Source: Terriglobia bacterium
GTDB lineage: Bacteria > Acidobacteriota > Terriglobia > Terriglobales > SCQP01
Length of the DNA: 64,000 bases
Assembly: GCA_021323595.1 (NCBI GenBank)
Contig: JAJPKR010000028.1
Location: 3,762-67,761, forward strand
Direction: 5' to 3'
The stretch's first letter is position 1, and each line of letters starts with the position of its first letter. This document shows, piece by piece, positions 41,102-50,768 of the stretch. The notes beneath the pieces are model-generated. The model made no database searches and had not been told where the DNA came from. It worked only from the letters and a program-made list of their open reading frames with translations. The translations under genes and the position numbers were made by a program.

Positions 41102-42796
41102 TCACCGCACGACGCTGCCGGGGCCGCGAATCACCTTGCCGGGACGGGCGGAAGTGAGGCGGCCGTCGAGCAGCACCGGCACGCCGTTGACCAAGACGTC
41201 GTCCATGCCGCTGGAATAGCGCCACGGATCGGCGTAGGTGGCGTGGTCCTGCACGGCCTTGGGATCGAAGATCACCACGTCGGCGGCGAAGCCGGGCCGG
41301 AGCAGGCCGCGATCCTGAATGTGGAGGGTCTCGGCGGCGAGCGAGGTCATTTTGCGAATCGCCTCGGCGAGCGTGAACAGATGTTGGTCGCGCGCCCACA
41401 CCAAGACACGCGTGTTGGCGCCGAAAAAGCGCGGGTGCGGCGCCGCGTAGCCGGTGCGGTCGGCGATATCCATGTCGATCGCGTCCCCGCCGATGCTGAC
41501 GAAAGGCGCGGCGACGATCTGGCGCACGGAAGCGGCGCTCTTGTTGAAAAAGATGCGGCCGAAACTACCGCCCTCGCGCTCGAGCAGGTTCGCGATCGCC
41601 TCGGCGGGCGGCAAGTGATCGAGCGCGCCGGCTTGCTCGAAGGTAAGGCCGACGTAGCGGCGGTCCTCGGCGCGGCGGACGGAGCTGATGAATTCTTCGC
41701 GCCAGCCCTCCGGGTCGTCGGGCGTGCCCAGGGAACGCGCCGAGGCGGCGATGCCGGCGACGATGGCCGGACGCAGCTTCGGATCGCGCAGCCGCCGGGC
41801 GAGCGCGGCGGTGCCGCCGTCGAGAAATTGCTTGGGCACCATCGAAAACGCCGGATTGGCGGCGGCGCGGTAAGGATACGCGTCGGCGGTCACCTCCAGG
41901 CCGTCATCCCGCGCCTGTTGGATCAAGCGCAGCGCCTGGGTGGCGGCGTCGGGCCCGGCGCGGCGCCCGACCTGCAAATGGAAGACATGAAACGGCAACC
42001 CGGCGGCGCGGGCGATGGCGATGCCCTCGGCGATGCCGCCGGCGCGCGGATTGTCGAGCCCGCGCACGTGCGAAGCGTAGATGCCGCCCGCGCCCGCCGC
42101 CACTCGCGCCAAGGCGATGACTTCCGGGTCCTTGGCGAAGATATCCGGCGTGTAGCTGAAGCCGGTGGCCAGGCCGAAAGCGCCGTCGCGCATCGCCCCC
42201 GCCATGAGGCGCTCTTCGCGCGCCAGCTCCGCCGCCGTCGGATCGCGGTCGGCCATGCCGAGCACGGCTTCGCGAATGGCGCCGAAGGTCGCGTAGCTGG
42301 CGACGTTGACGCGGATGCCTTGCCGCTCCAAGCGCGCGAAATACTGGCCCAGGGAACTCCAGTCCAGCGTGATGCCTTGATCTTCGAACAGCCGCCCTTG
42401 TTGCGCCCGCGCCGGCCCGAAGAGTGGTCCCGCCACCGCCACTGCGGTCGTCTCGCCGAGCACTTCGGTGGTCACGCCCTCGTAGATCTTGCTGCAACAG
42501 CCTCCGTTCTTCAGCAGCGCCGCGTCGGAGTGCGAGTGCATGTCGAAGAATCCCGGCGCCGCGACCCGGCCGCGGGCGTCGATCGTGCGGCGCGCCCAGG
42601 CGCCGGCGAGTTTGCCGATGGCGGCGATGCGGCCGTCGCGAATCCCGATGTCGGCGGCGTACCAGGGATTGCCGGTGCCGTCGATCACGTGGGCGTTGCG
42701 GATGAGGATGTCGAATCGCCGGCGGTGCCGCGGCGGCGGGGCGGCGGCCAGCGCCGCCGCCAGCGCGAGGCATAGGACTAGGCGCGCGGAGCCCAT
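41102..42796 (-). CDS. Secreted amidohydrolase, N-acyl-D-amino-acid deacylase (D-aminoacylase) family
   Basis: Signal peptide. FDILIRNAHVIDGTGNPWYAADIGIRDGRIAAIG, PGFFDMHSHSD (H-x-H metal site) and the C-terminal VNGVPVLLDGRLT are typical of the D-aminoacylase subfamily. Confidence 0.85.
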   Translation of the reverse strand: MGSARLVLCLALAAALAAAPPPRHRRRFDILIRNAHVIDGTGNPWYAADIGIRDGRIAAIGKLAGAWARRTIDARGRVAAPGFFDMHSHSDAALLKNGGCCSKIYEGVTTEVLGETTAVAVAGPLFGPARAQQGRLFEDQGITLDWSSLGQYFARLERQGIRVNVASYATFGAIREAVLGMADRDPTAAELAREERLMAGAMRDGAFGLATGFSYTPDIFAKDPEVIALARVAAGAGGIYASHVRGLDNPRAGGIAEGIAIARAAGLPFHVFHLQVGRRAGPDAATQALRLIQQARDDGLEVTADAYPYRAAANPAFSMVPKQFLDGGTAALARRLRDPKLRPAIVAGIAASARSLGTPDDPEGWREEFISSVRRAEDRRYVGLTFEQAGALDHLPPAEAIANLLEREGGSFGRIFFNKSAASVRQIVAAPFVSIGGDAIDMDIADRTGYAAPHPRFFGANTRVLVWARDQHLFTLAEAIRKMTSLAAETLHIQDRGLLRPGFAADVVIFDPKAVQDHATYADPWRYSSGMDDVLVNGVPVLLDGRLTSARPGKVIRGPGSVVR

Positions 42797-42851
42797 CGCC
42801 GCGGATCATACACCACGCGCGGCGCGCGCGCAGCGGCGCGGCGGCGCGCCG

Positions 42852-43709
42852 TCAGCGGGCGGGCTCGCGCAGGTAGCGCGCGAGCGCGTCGGGCCAGGCG
42901 GGCGGCGGCGCCAGCCCGATCGCGCGCAAACCGGCCTTGGCCAGCACCGAATACGCCGGACGGCGCACCGGACTGCGAAATTCCGCCGAACTCACCGGCT
43001 GCAAGTCCGGCCGCAGCCCCGACAGTTCGAAGATCTTGGCGGCGAAGTCGTACCAAGAGCACTGCCCCTCGCTGGTGACGTGATAAAGGCCGTAGCGGCC
43101 GCTGCCGAGCAATTCGAGCACTTTGGCCGCCAGGTCCACCGTGTAGGTCGGCGTCAGCACCTGATCGTGGACCACGCGAATCGCCTCGCCGGCGCGTGCC
43201 TTCCGCAGCATGGTTTCGACGAAATTGCCGCCCTTGCCGTTGCTCCCGGCTTTGCCATAGAGGCCGGTCGTACGGATCACGAAATGCTTGGGACAAAACG
43301 CCCGCGCCAGCAGCTCCCCGGCCGCCTTCGACGCGCCGTAAACGTTCACCGGCGCCGGCAGATCGGATTCGACATAAGGCGCTCCTTTTGCGCCATCGAA
43401 GACGTAGTCGGTGCTGAAATGCACCAGCGCCGCTCCCGCCTCCGCGCAAGCGCGCGCCAAGTTCAACACCGCGATGGCATTGACCGCGAACGCCGATTCC
43501 GCCTCCTGCTCGCAGACCTCAACCTTGTGGAACGCCGAAGTATTGATCACGGCTTCGGGCCGGTGCGCCGCCAGGGCGCGGCCGATCGCCGCCGCATCGC
43601 GCACGTCGAGGTCGGCGTGCCGCATCGCTACCACCTCGTGCCCAACTGCCGCCAGCCGGCACAGATCGCTGCCCAACTGCCCATTCGCGCCAAGGATCAA
43701 GAGTTTCAT
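42852..43709 (-). CDS. rmlD: dTDP-4-dehydrorhamnose reductase
   Basis: MKLLILGANGQLG Rossmann motif, STDYVFDG, catalytic YGASKAAGE, and colinear RmlD length (285 aa). Confidence 0.88.
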   Translation of the reverse strand: MKLLILGANGQLGSDLCRLAAVGHEVVAMRHADLDVRDAAAIGRALAAHRPEAVINTSAFHKVEVCEQEAESAFAVNAIAVLNLARACAEAGAALVHFSTDYVFDGAKGAPYVESDLPAPVNVYGASKAAGELLARAFCPKHFVIRTTGLYGKAGSNGKGGNFVETMLRKARAGEAIRVVHDQVLTPTYTVDLAAKVLELLGSGRYGLYHVTSEGQCSWYDFAAKIFELSGLRPDLQPVSSAEFRSPVRRPAYSVLAKAGLRAIGLAPPPAWPDALARYLREPAR

Positions 43710-43760
43710 GCGCGAATCATTGTAACGGCTTGCCGCCCGCCGGACCCGGCCGGGGGCAGT

Positions 43761-44516
43761 TCAGCGCCATACGCGCACGATGAAGCCGAAGCTGGCTTGG
43801 AAATTGTGGTAGCTCAATACGGAAGGCGCCAAGAAATCGTAGGGCGAAACACCGGGATAGTAGTTCTCGTTCAAGCTCACGAACGCATCCGCCAGGTCCA
43901 GCCGCAGCGCGTACCGGTACGAGAGGTAGTACTCGATCACCCCGGCGTTCTCCAACATGAAGGCGAGGCGGTCGTGGGTCTTGAACTGCACCGCCGTCTG
44001 CCCACAGGAGAAGACGTCGCCGAAGTCGTTCCCGAAATCGATCAGGCCTGGCGCGATCTTGTAAAAGACGCCCAGGCGCCGCCACCGCCAGCCGGGGCGC
44101 AACCCTACGCTCAACTCCGTGATATCCAGTCCGCCGGCGAAGGGCGCTTGCGAACCTTGCCGCGGAGAATAATCGAGTTCGGCTTCGAGCGCGACCACCG
44201 GGTTAGAGTTGAACCCGAAGCGAACGCCGAAGCCGGGGTAATAGCAGAAACAGCCGCCGCCGAGAAACTGCGCGACCGTGCGCCCGGTTCCCAAGTGCGG
44301 CTGAAAAGTCCGCAGGGCGGTAAATTGCTCGCCGAAGTAATAGCGCGGCGCCGGCTGCTGCGCCGGCGCGGCGGCGAGAACGAGCAGAGTTATTGCGATC
44401 ACGCGCCCGCCGCTCCGGACCGCGGCGGGCAGCCTAGAAGAAGAACACATAGCTGATGCCCAGTTGCGGATTATGAGTGCCGGCGGGCGGGGCGCCGAGA
44501 GCGGCCGGCTGGCCAA
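43761..44516 (-). CDS. Small outer-membrane beta-barrel protein (paralogue 2); the true start is probably internal
   Basis: Hydrophobic leader ITLLVLAAAPAQQ, then amphipathic strands. It aligns by eye with the upstream paralogue (PGFGVRFGFNSNPVVALEAELDYSPR vs PGFAVSFDTNLSSWFALDGQVDFLPQ; LRLDLADAF vs LRLELSDTF). As drawn, the ORF overlaps the upstream gene by 83 nt, so a later start (about 44450 or later) is likely. Confidence 0.6.
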   Translation of the reverse strand: MASRPLSAPRPPALIIRNWASAMCSSSRLPAAVRSGGRVIAITLLVLAAAPAQQPAPRYYFGEQFTALRTFQPHLGTGRTVAQFLGGGCFCYYPGFGVRFGFNSNPVVALEAELDYSPRQGSQAPFAGGLDITELSVGLRPGWRWRRLGVFYKIAPGLIDFGNDFGDVFSCGQTAVQFKTHDRLAFMLENAGVIEYYLSYRYALRLDLADAFVSLNENYYPGVSPYDFLAPSVLSYHNFQASFGFIVRVWR

Positions 44517-45063
44517 AGATGAAGGTATCGCTCAGTTCCAAGCGCAGGCCGGTGTGCCGTGACAGGCGGATCAAGGCCAGACCGCCATAGTTGAGGGCGT
44601 TGTAGGTCTTGCGGCCGATCACGAAGCGATTGCCCGGCAACTGCGGCGGGCCGGCAACGATGGCTGCGCCATAGCTAACGACTCCAGGGCGCAAGAGAAA
44701 GAAGAGGCCGAGGCGCTGTCTTGCACGCAGTCCCAGGCCCCATCGAAAGCGCCGCCCGATGCGGGCGCCGAATAGCGCTATCGTCGTGCGACCGCCCGCA
44801 TTGCTGGTTTCACCGATTCCGGCCTGCGGCAGGAAGTCGACCTGCCCGTCCAAGGCGAACCAAGAACTTAGGTTGGTATCGAAGCTGACCGCAAAGCCCG
44901 GTACCTGTCCGGGGCAGTATGTGCATGAGTACACGCTTGTCCGCGTGCTGACTGCGGCGAAGCCGCCCGCCAGCTCGTAGGCTGGCGGCCGCTGCTGGCC
45001 CGGCAGCGGCCGCGCCCCGGCCAACGTGAGCGCAAGAACGATCGCAGCGCACTGGAATCGCAT
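44434..45063 (-). CDS. Small outer-membrane beta-barrel protein (paralogue 1)
   Basis: Signal peptide MRFQCAAIVLALTLAGA, alternating beta-strand pattern, C-terminal ...GISYVFFF (aromatic terminus typical of OMPs). It starts 8 nt after the lipoprotein gene. Confidence 0.65.
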   Translation of the reverse strand: MRFQCAAIVLALTLAGARPLPGQQRPPAYELAGGFAAVSTRTSVYSCTYCPGQVPGFAVSFDTNLSSWFALDGQVDFLPQAGIGETSNAGGRTTIALFGARIGRRFRWGLGLRARQRLGLFFLLRPGVVSYGAAIVAGPPQLPGNRFVIGRKTYNALNYGGLALIRLSRHTGLRLELSDTFIFGQPAALGAPPAGTHNPQLGISYVFFF

Positions 45064-45071
45064 GGGACGGG

Positions 45072-46787
45072 CTAACTATTCGGTGATATCGGAATGGTGA
45101 GCACTTGGTTGCTGTCCGGCACCGTCACCCAGCCCAGATTCTGGCTCGGCATCACCGCGATCCCGCGTACGGGGTTCGGCGTCCCGCCCTGAAAAATAAC
45201 TTGGTTGCTCATCAACGAGACCAGCGCAAAGCCATTGGGCGTCGCGCCGACCGCCAAGCCGTTGTTAAGGATATTGCTGACTAGAGTCGAGTTGGCCTGC
45301 AGGGGCGGGTCGGTCGGGCCGCCGCAGCCCCAGCAGCCGCTGACCGGCTGAGTACCGAAGGAATAGCTGGCGATGACCTGGTGCGAGCCGATGCTTTGCG
45401 CCTCGGCGGCGACCCCGCCGGACGTGGCAGCAACCGTGTAGAAGATCTCACCCTGCCCCTGGCTGACGGCAAGCGACGACACAAACCCGCCCACGCCGTA
45501 GCTCGCCTCCAAGGCGAGACTGCTCGTCGAGAATTGGTCGATGTACCCGTCGCCGCCGACCCAAAAGCTCGCGCCGCTCGGATCCATTGCGACTGCGGCC
45601 GGGTACGCGCCAACGGAAACCAGATTCGTCTGAGCGTGAGCGCCCAGCGAGACGACCGAAATCGTCGCATCGTCGTAGTTGGCGACGTAGGCCGTCGAGC
45701 CGGCCGGATCTACGGCCACGGCCACGGGTGCATGGCCAACGGTGACGCTGGCGACGTTGCTGTTGTTCGCGAGGCTCACGATGCTCACTGTATTGGCGCC
45801 GGAATTGGTGACCACCGCGTAGCCGGTAAGCGTGGTGGTCGCCGTGCTATCACACTGGCCGCCGAGGTTCCTCGTTACCGTCGCTGTGCCATAGGTGGCG
45901 ACCGCGGTCGGATTCTGGCCCACCGGAATTGCGCCAGCGTCGCCATAGACGGACGCGGTCGAGTACGACGTAACAACCGGCCAATTGTCGGTGCTGCTGG
46001 AGTTCGAGTAGATGCAGCGCCCGAAGTCATACACTCCGATGTGCTCTGTCGTGCTGCTCGTCGCGGGCGCGACCCCGAAGGGGCTCGGAATCGCCGTGCT
46101 CTCGCTCGCCATTAGGACCGGTGCGTAGGCCACCTGCGTGGGATTGGAGCCTAGGCCGTCGTCAACCGTGATTACGTACTCGCCGGCTTGAAAAGGATGC
46201 CCGGAACCGTCGTTGACCGGCCAGACGAAGGAAACCGTCCCGGGGCTCACGCTCGTCGTGTACCTTACCGTCCCGCTGCCATCAATGATGTTCACTTCCC
46301 CGTCGCTGGTCGAGGTGGCAACGGAAACAGTTGTCGGAAGCAGATTCTGGTAAACGGTGCCCGGCGTCGTTGGGAACGCCGTTTGGGGATATTGCGGGCA
46401 AACCCAGGTGATGGAGCCGCCCGGACTTGTTACATAGTTGACGACCTGGGTCGCGGAAGGGGAGGATGGGCAGCCGGTCCAATCCACGTTGTGCGTCCAG
46501 GCGTAGCTGCCACTGACAGCCACGGGGTACTGGCCCACGAGGCTCGTTTCGTTCCCGTACTGTTGCGCAGCCGAGATCGGGCACGTCTGGCAATAACCGT
46601 TGACAGGGACGAACGCGTGCGGTGTAGGGCCGAAGATCACTGCACCACTCGAGTCCAACTGCTTGTCAACGGTGTTGACGACGAAATAGGACGGCGAGCT
46701 GGAGCTGAAGCAACCGGCAGTGAGAAGGCAGATTACCGCTGCCCCCCGCCCACGACCTTGAGAACCGAACGGCGAACCATGTTTCAC
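45072..46787 (-). CDS. Lipoprotein with Ser/Thr-rich N-terminal region and a C-terminal YVTN-type beta-propeller
   Basis: Lipobox LLTAGC and a strong RBS GGAGGTG. YVTN-like repeats (AVVTNSGANTVSIVSL, AYVANYDDATISVVSL, FWVGGDGYIDQF). GC is lower than in the flanks. Confidence 0.7.
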   Translation of the reverse strand: MKHGSPFGSQGRGRGAAVICLLTAGCFSSSSPSYFVVNTVDKQLDSSGAVIFGPTPHAFVPVNGYCQTCPISAAQQYGNETSLVGQYPVAVSGSYAWTHNVDWTGCPSSPSATQVVNYVTSPGGSITWVCPQYPQTAFPTTPGTVYQNLLPTTVSVATSTSDGEVNIIDGSGTVRYTTSVSPGTVSFVWPVNDGSGHPFQAGEYVITVDDGLGSNPTQVAYAPVLMASESTAIPSPFGVAPATSSTTEHIGVYDFGRCIYSNSSSTDNWPVVTSYSTASVYGDAGAIPVGQNPTAVATYGTATVTRNLGGQCDSTATTTLTGYAVVTNSGANTVSIVSLANNSNVASVTVGHAPVAVAVDPAGSTAYVANYDDATISVVSLGAHAQTNLVSVGAYPAAVAMDPSGASFWVGGDGYIDQFSTSSLALEASYGVGGFVSSLAVSQGQGEIFYTVAATSGGVAAEAQSIGSHQVIASYSFGTQPVSGCWGCGGPTDPPLQANSTLVSNILNNGLAVGATPNGFALVSLMSNQVIFQGGTPNPVRGIAVMPSQNLGWVTVPDSNQVLTIPISPNS

Positions 46788-46823
46788 CTCCGCGGCGTCC
46801 CTGACCGGCGCCGCATGGCCATT

Positions 46824-46852
46824 AAACTAATCCAGACAACATGCGAAGTCAA
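46824..46852 (-). promoter_or_regulatory. Candidate sigma70-type promoter for the lipoprotein / OMP trio
   Basis: Minus strand reads TTGACT (46852-46847), 17 nt spacer, TAGTTT (46829-46824), about 35 nt upstream of the ATG at 46787. Confidence 0.4.
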
Positions 46853-46898
46853 GCTCCGGGCGTCATGTTGCCCTTGAGCCGTACAGCGACAAACGATG

Positions 46899-49800
46899 TT
46901 AGTGAATTGGGCCGGTGACGGGCAGGTGATCGCGGCTATCCACGACTTCGCCGAAACGCCGGAAGTTCGCATACTGATCCGGCGTAATGTAATTGGCTTT
47001 CAGGTAAACGGCGCGGCTCAAATCGAGTTCGTTGCCGGTCACCTGATAGGTGGCCTTGTAGGAGCCGAAGGGATTGGAGATGTCGGCGCCGCCCGGCACC
47101 GCCGGCGCGGCGAAGGGCGCGGCCAGCGTGACTTTGACTTGCGTGGTCTCGAAGCTGTCGCCGGGAATGACCAGCGGATGAATCCGCGCGGGCAAGGAGG
47201 CATAGCGCGAAAGCAATCCCACCGAGCCGATTAAGTGATCGATCTCCCAGCTATCGCCTTCGCGGCGCACGAAACCGGGAATCGTGCCGTCCACACTGAT
47301 CACGAGCGGCTGATCATGCGCTTCCAGGCCCTGAATCTGGCCGTTGTCCGCGGTGGCGTTGGGATAGCTTTGCAGCAAGACCTGCTGATAAACCTGCGGC
47401 AGTTGCGACGCCGGAATCGAGGCCAAGCTTTGGCGAATTTTCTCCCCCAGCGGGCCGCGAAACTCGAGCACCAGATGCAGCTGGCCATCGCCGCTGGGCT
47501 GGACGCGAATGTCGGCCGTCGTCGCCATGCCGTCCAAGGGCGAGGGCTGATTGGGCACGGTCGTGAAGACCGCGCCTTCGTTCGGCGCCCCGGCCAGCAG
47601 CGCTTGCCCGCCGCGGAAGGCGGGGTTGATGTAGTCGCTGCGGGCGAAGTCGTTGTTGAGGTCGAACCAAGCTGCCTGCTCGCCCATCCCGACCTTCACC
47701 AGCGGATATTGGAAGGAGGCGAAGTTGGGAATCTCGAGCGCGGAGTGATCGGTGAAAGGCCGCGCCATTGCCAGCTGGGGGTGAATGCCGGCCGCCGCCA
47801 GCAAGCCGAGAAAGGTCGCCAAACGGCTGCCGGAACGGTCGGTGAAGTACTGGCGCGCCGGCGCCAGCGGCGCGCCCTCGCCGGGGGTGATATTGGCCGC
47901 CACCCAATCGAAGATCTTGCGCGCTTGCGCCACCGGATCGGCCTTGCCGGCCGCAGCGCTGAGTTGCCGGGCGGTTTGCCGCATCTCCGCCGTGTAACGC
48001 TCCACCGGAAACATGGCGTCGGCCAGGTAATCGGAGATGTCCTTCCAGGTCATCTTGCTGCTCACCCAGACCATCGGCACCAACTGCGGCTCCGGCGGCA
48101 TATTCGGCTCGACGCCCAAGATGCGCGTCTTTTGAATCAGCCACTCCCGCGCCGTCCAGCCCGCCATCGCGCCGGTCAGCTTCGTGACCTTGGCGGGATA
48201 GGGGAACCGCTCGGTTTCGATCATCAGCGGGTCGTCGTTGGGCGTGAGCACGATGTAATCGGAATAGTGATACGGCTCGCGCGAGGAATTGAAGACGAAA
48301 AACATGTTGTTGTCGATCGTCCCCGGCACGGCATTGGACGCGGGCTGATGCATCACATACTCGGTTTCGATGAAGTCGCCCGGCTCGAGCCCCGGCATCT
48401 GCACGCTATTGAGGTTCGCGTGAATCTCGGGCAGCAGGGCGGTGCCGTCGGGTTTGATCGTGCGCAGGGTGATGATGTCGCTGCCGGCGGGAATCTGCAC
48501 CGTGCCCTGCGTTTCGATGCCGGTCGAATTCAGCACGCGGATGATCTGGTGGATGTACGAATCGCGCGTGTGATCGGGATTGATGCGATCCACCATCTGG
48601 TCGAGCACCAAGATCGAGGCGGCGTTCGGGTATTCAGCGCCGTTCGGCGCGTCCTTCAAAACCTCGGCGGCGGAGTGGTACCACGGCGCCCAGAAGCGAT
48701 CGCCGGCGAGAAAGTCCGCCTCGTGGCGCAGTGCATTGCGCCCGAACTCCACTCTCCGCAGCACGGCCAGGCCGGCCTGTTGATCGGCGGCCAAGGCGAT
48801 GTCGGCGGCGGCGGCGGCGACCTGCGCGTCGTCGGGAAAATCGGCCAGCGCCTGCCGCGCCGCTGCTTGCGCGGCATCCAGCCGGCGCGCCTCGAGCAAC
48901 GCTTCCAGATAGTCGCGGCGCAACGGCCCGGAGGAGGGATCGAGCTCGACTTCGGCGGCCAGCAAGCTCGCGGCGTCCGCCGCGCGCCCATGATGGAGGA
49001 AAAAGCGCGCCAGCGCGGCGTGGCCGCGGGGATCGCGCAGCAACTCGGACGTGAGCTGGCGGGCCTGCTCTTGGTCGCCGAGGTCGGTGTAAAACTCCAG
49101 GCCGTCGGCGAGCCCGGCCCAATCCGAGGGGCTGGCGGCGAGGGCGTGCGCCAGGGCCTGCCGCGCCTCGGGCGTCCAATGGCGCCCGGCGGCGAGATGA
49201 AATTCGGCCCAATCGCAGGGCGCGTAGCCGCGTCCGGCGCAGCGCTGGAAATCGCGCGCGGCCGCCGTGAACTGCCCCTGCGAATCTTCGACTTCGCCCA
49301 AATGCTCGATGGCCGGCAATACGGCGGGGTCGATGCGCTCGGCAGCGTGGGCGGCGGCGCTGGTTTGGGCCGAGGCCCAAGTTTGGCTGGCGTCGTCGAG
49401 ATTGGAATAGACGTCGGTGAGCGCCAGCCAGGCGGGCACCGCCTCCGGCGCCAGCTTCGTGGCGCGCTCCAGTTCGACCCGGGCGGTCTCGCCGTCTTCA
49501 TCCTCGCCGCGCCAAACGCCGTCGGCCCAGAGCGCGACCAAATCGTCGGGATGGGCGCGCAGCCGCGCCGCGCTCCAGGCGCCGAGCGTCAGCGGCGGCG
49601 GCAGCAGGCGGGGCGCGCCCGCCAGCCGTTGCCCCGGCGGCAGCGCGGCCGCGCTGGCCAGCGGCGACGGCGGCGCGGCGCTGACCGGCCGCAGCATCAG
49701 GCTGAAACTGCGGGCGGCATAGCCGCCCAGTTTCACCACCAGGCGATTCCAGCCCGCATCCAGCTCGACCGCCGCCGTCGCGGTCGCGGGCACGTACGAC

Positions 49801-50768
49801 GAGCGCCGGTCGTTGCGCACTACGGCGCGGCCGTTGATGAAGATCGCGGCCGAGGCGGGCGAATAGATGCGCAGCGCGTAGGCTTCCCGCCGCGGCACGC
49901 GCACGTACGTGACCGCATAATCGATGCCGCGATTGCGCCAATCCTCGGGGAAATCCACCAACCCGCGCACCGCGAGGAAGGGCCGGCCGGTGATGGCGCG
50001 CCCGTCGTCGTTGTAGCTCGCCGCGGCGCTGCGCTCGATGGCGAAGGCGCGATCGAAGTCGAGATTGCGCCAGCGGCCCATCGGACCGTAAAGCGTCCAG
50101 CGCTCGGGACGGCCGGCGAGCGCAATCGCCTCCTCCAAGGTCAGCGGCACGCCCGGCGCGCGCACCAGCGCCAGCAAGGGCCGGCCGAGCATGTAGGCGG
50201 TGGTGGGGTCCGCCAGCGGGCGCGCCGTGACCTGCCGCAGTTCCGGCGCGGCATCGAGCAGTTCCCTGCCCTCGCCGTCGAGCACGCCGCTCAGCTCGCG
50301 CGCCGCCAGTTCCGCGGCCGGATCGTTCGGAATCAGCGCCAGCAGCTTCAACGCCGCGCGCATCTCCTCGCGCTGCCGCCCCTCCAGCTTGTCGAGCACG
50401 AACTGCGCGAACACCGCCTCGGCGTCATTGGGCGCCCGTACCGCGAGCTCCTGCAAGGTGCGGCGGGCGGCGCGGTGCGCCGCGGCGTCGCCGTAAAAGA
50501 CCTCGATCCAAGCGGCATCGGCCTGGCCCGCTGCGCCGCGCGCCTGCGCGCGCGCCACCGCCGCCCGCCATTCGGCCGGGGTCGGCCGCGGCAATCGGTC
50601 CAGCAGCGAGCCGGCGGGAGCGGCCGCGGCGGCGGCCAGCGCCAGCGCCAGCACGAGCGCGCCAACGGACCAAAATCCTCGCGCCGCGAGCCCGCCGCGC
50701 AAGCGGCGGCCAGCCGGCCGGGCCGCGCGGCCGCCGGCGCGGAAGCGGGATGGCCGGGGCGCTCTCAT
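46899..50768 (-). CDS. Giant (1289 aa) TPR / DUF3857-like / transglutaminase-fold protein, active site degenerate (TGL-B)
   Basis: Start placed at ATG 50766-50768 (MRAPRPSRF...), overlapping the upstream stop as ATGA. Hydrophobic leader GFWSVGALVLALALAAAAAA. Same module order as its upstream paralogue, but the transglutaminase core reads DRSGSRLATFLGLLAAAGI and SFQYPLVKV, where the paralogue has GDCKDKASLLIAMLARAGV and DFDHAIVYV. Confidence 0.8.
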   Translation of the reverse strand: MRAPRPSRFRAGGRAARPAGRRLRGGLAARGFWSVGALVLALALAAAAAAPAGSLLDRLPRPTPAEWRAAVARAQARGAAGQADAAWIEVFYGDAAAHRAARRTLQELAVRAPNDAEAVFAQFVLDKLEGRQREEMRAALKLLALIPNDPAAELAARELSGVLDGEGRELLDAAPELRQVTARPLADPTTAYMLGRPLLALVRAPGVPLTLEEAIALAGRPERWTLYGPMGRWRNLDFDRAFAIERSAAASYNDDGRAITGRPFLAVRGLVDFPEDWRNRGIDYAVTYVRVPRREAYALRIYSPASAAIFINGRAVVRNDRRSSYVPATATAAVELDAGWNRLVVKLGGYAARSFSLMLRPVSAAPPSPLASAAALPPGQRLAGAPRLLPPPLTLGAWSAARLRAHPDDLVALWADGVWRGEDEDGETARVELERATKLAPEAVPAWLALTDVYSNLDDASQTWASAQTSAAAHAAERIDPAVLPAIEHLGEVEDSQGQFTAAARDFQRCAGRGYAPCDWAEFHLAAGRHWTPEARQALAHALAASPSDWAGLADGLEFYTDLGDQEQARQLTSELLRDPRGHAALARFFLHHGRAADAASLLAAEVELDPSSGPLRRDYLEALLEARRLDAAQAAARQALADFPDDAQVAAAAADIALAADQQAGLAVLRRVEFGRNALRHEADFLAGDRFWAPWYHSAAEVLKDAPNGAEYPNAASILVLDQMVDRINPDHTRDSYIHQIIRVLNSTGIETQGTVQIPAGSDIITLRTIKPDGTALLPEIHANLNSVQMPGLEPGDFIETEYVMHQPASNAVPGTIDNNMFFVFNSSREPYHYSDYIVLTPNDDPLMIETERFPYPAKVTKLTGAMAGWTAREWLIQKTRILGVEPNMPPEPQLVPMVWVSSKMTWKDISDYLADAMFPVERYTAEMRQTARQLSAAAGKADPVAQARKIFDWVAANITPGEGAPLAPARQYFTDRSGSRLATFLGLLAAAGIHPQLAMARPFTDHSALEIPNFASFQYPLVKVGMGEQAAWFDLNNDFARSDYINPAFRGGQALLAGAPNEGAVFTTVPNQPSPLDGMATTADIRVQPSGDGQLHLVLEFRGPLGEKIRQSLASIPASQLPQVYQQVLLQSYPNATADNGQIQGLEAHDQPLVISVDGTIPGFVRREGDSWEIDHLIGSVGLLSRYASLPARIHPLVIPGDSFETTQVKVTLAAPFAAPAVPGGADISNPFGSYKATYQVTGNELDLSRAVYLKANYITPDQYANFRRFGEVVDSRDHLPVTGPIH

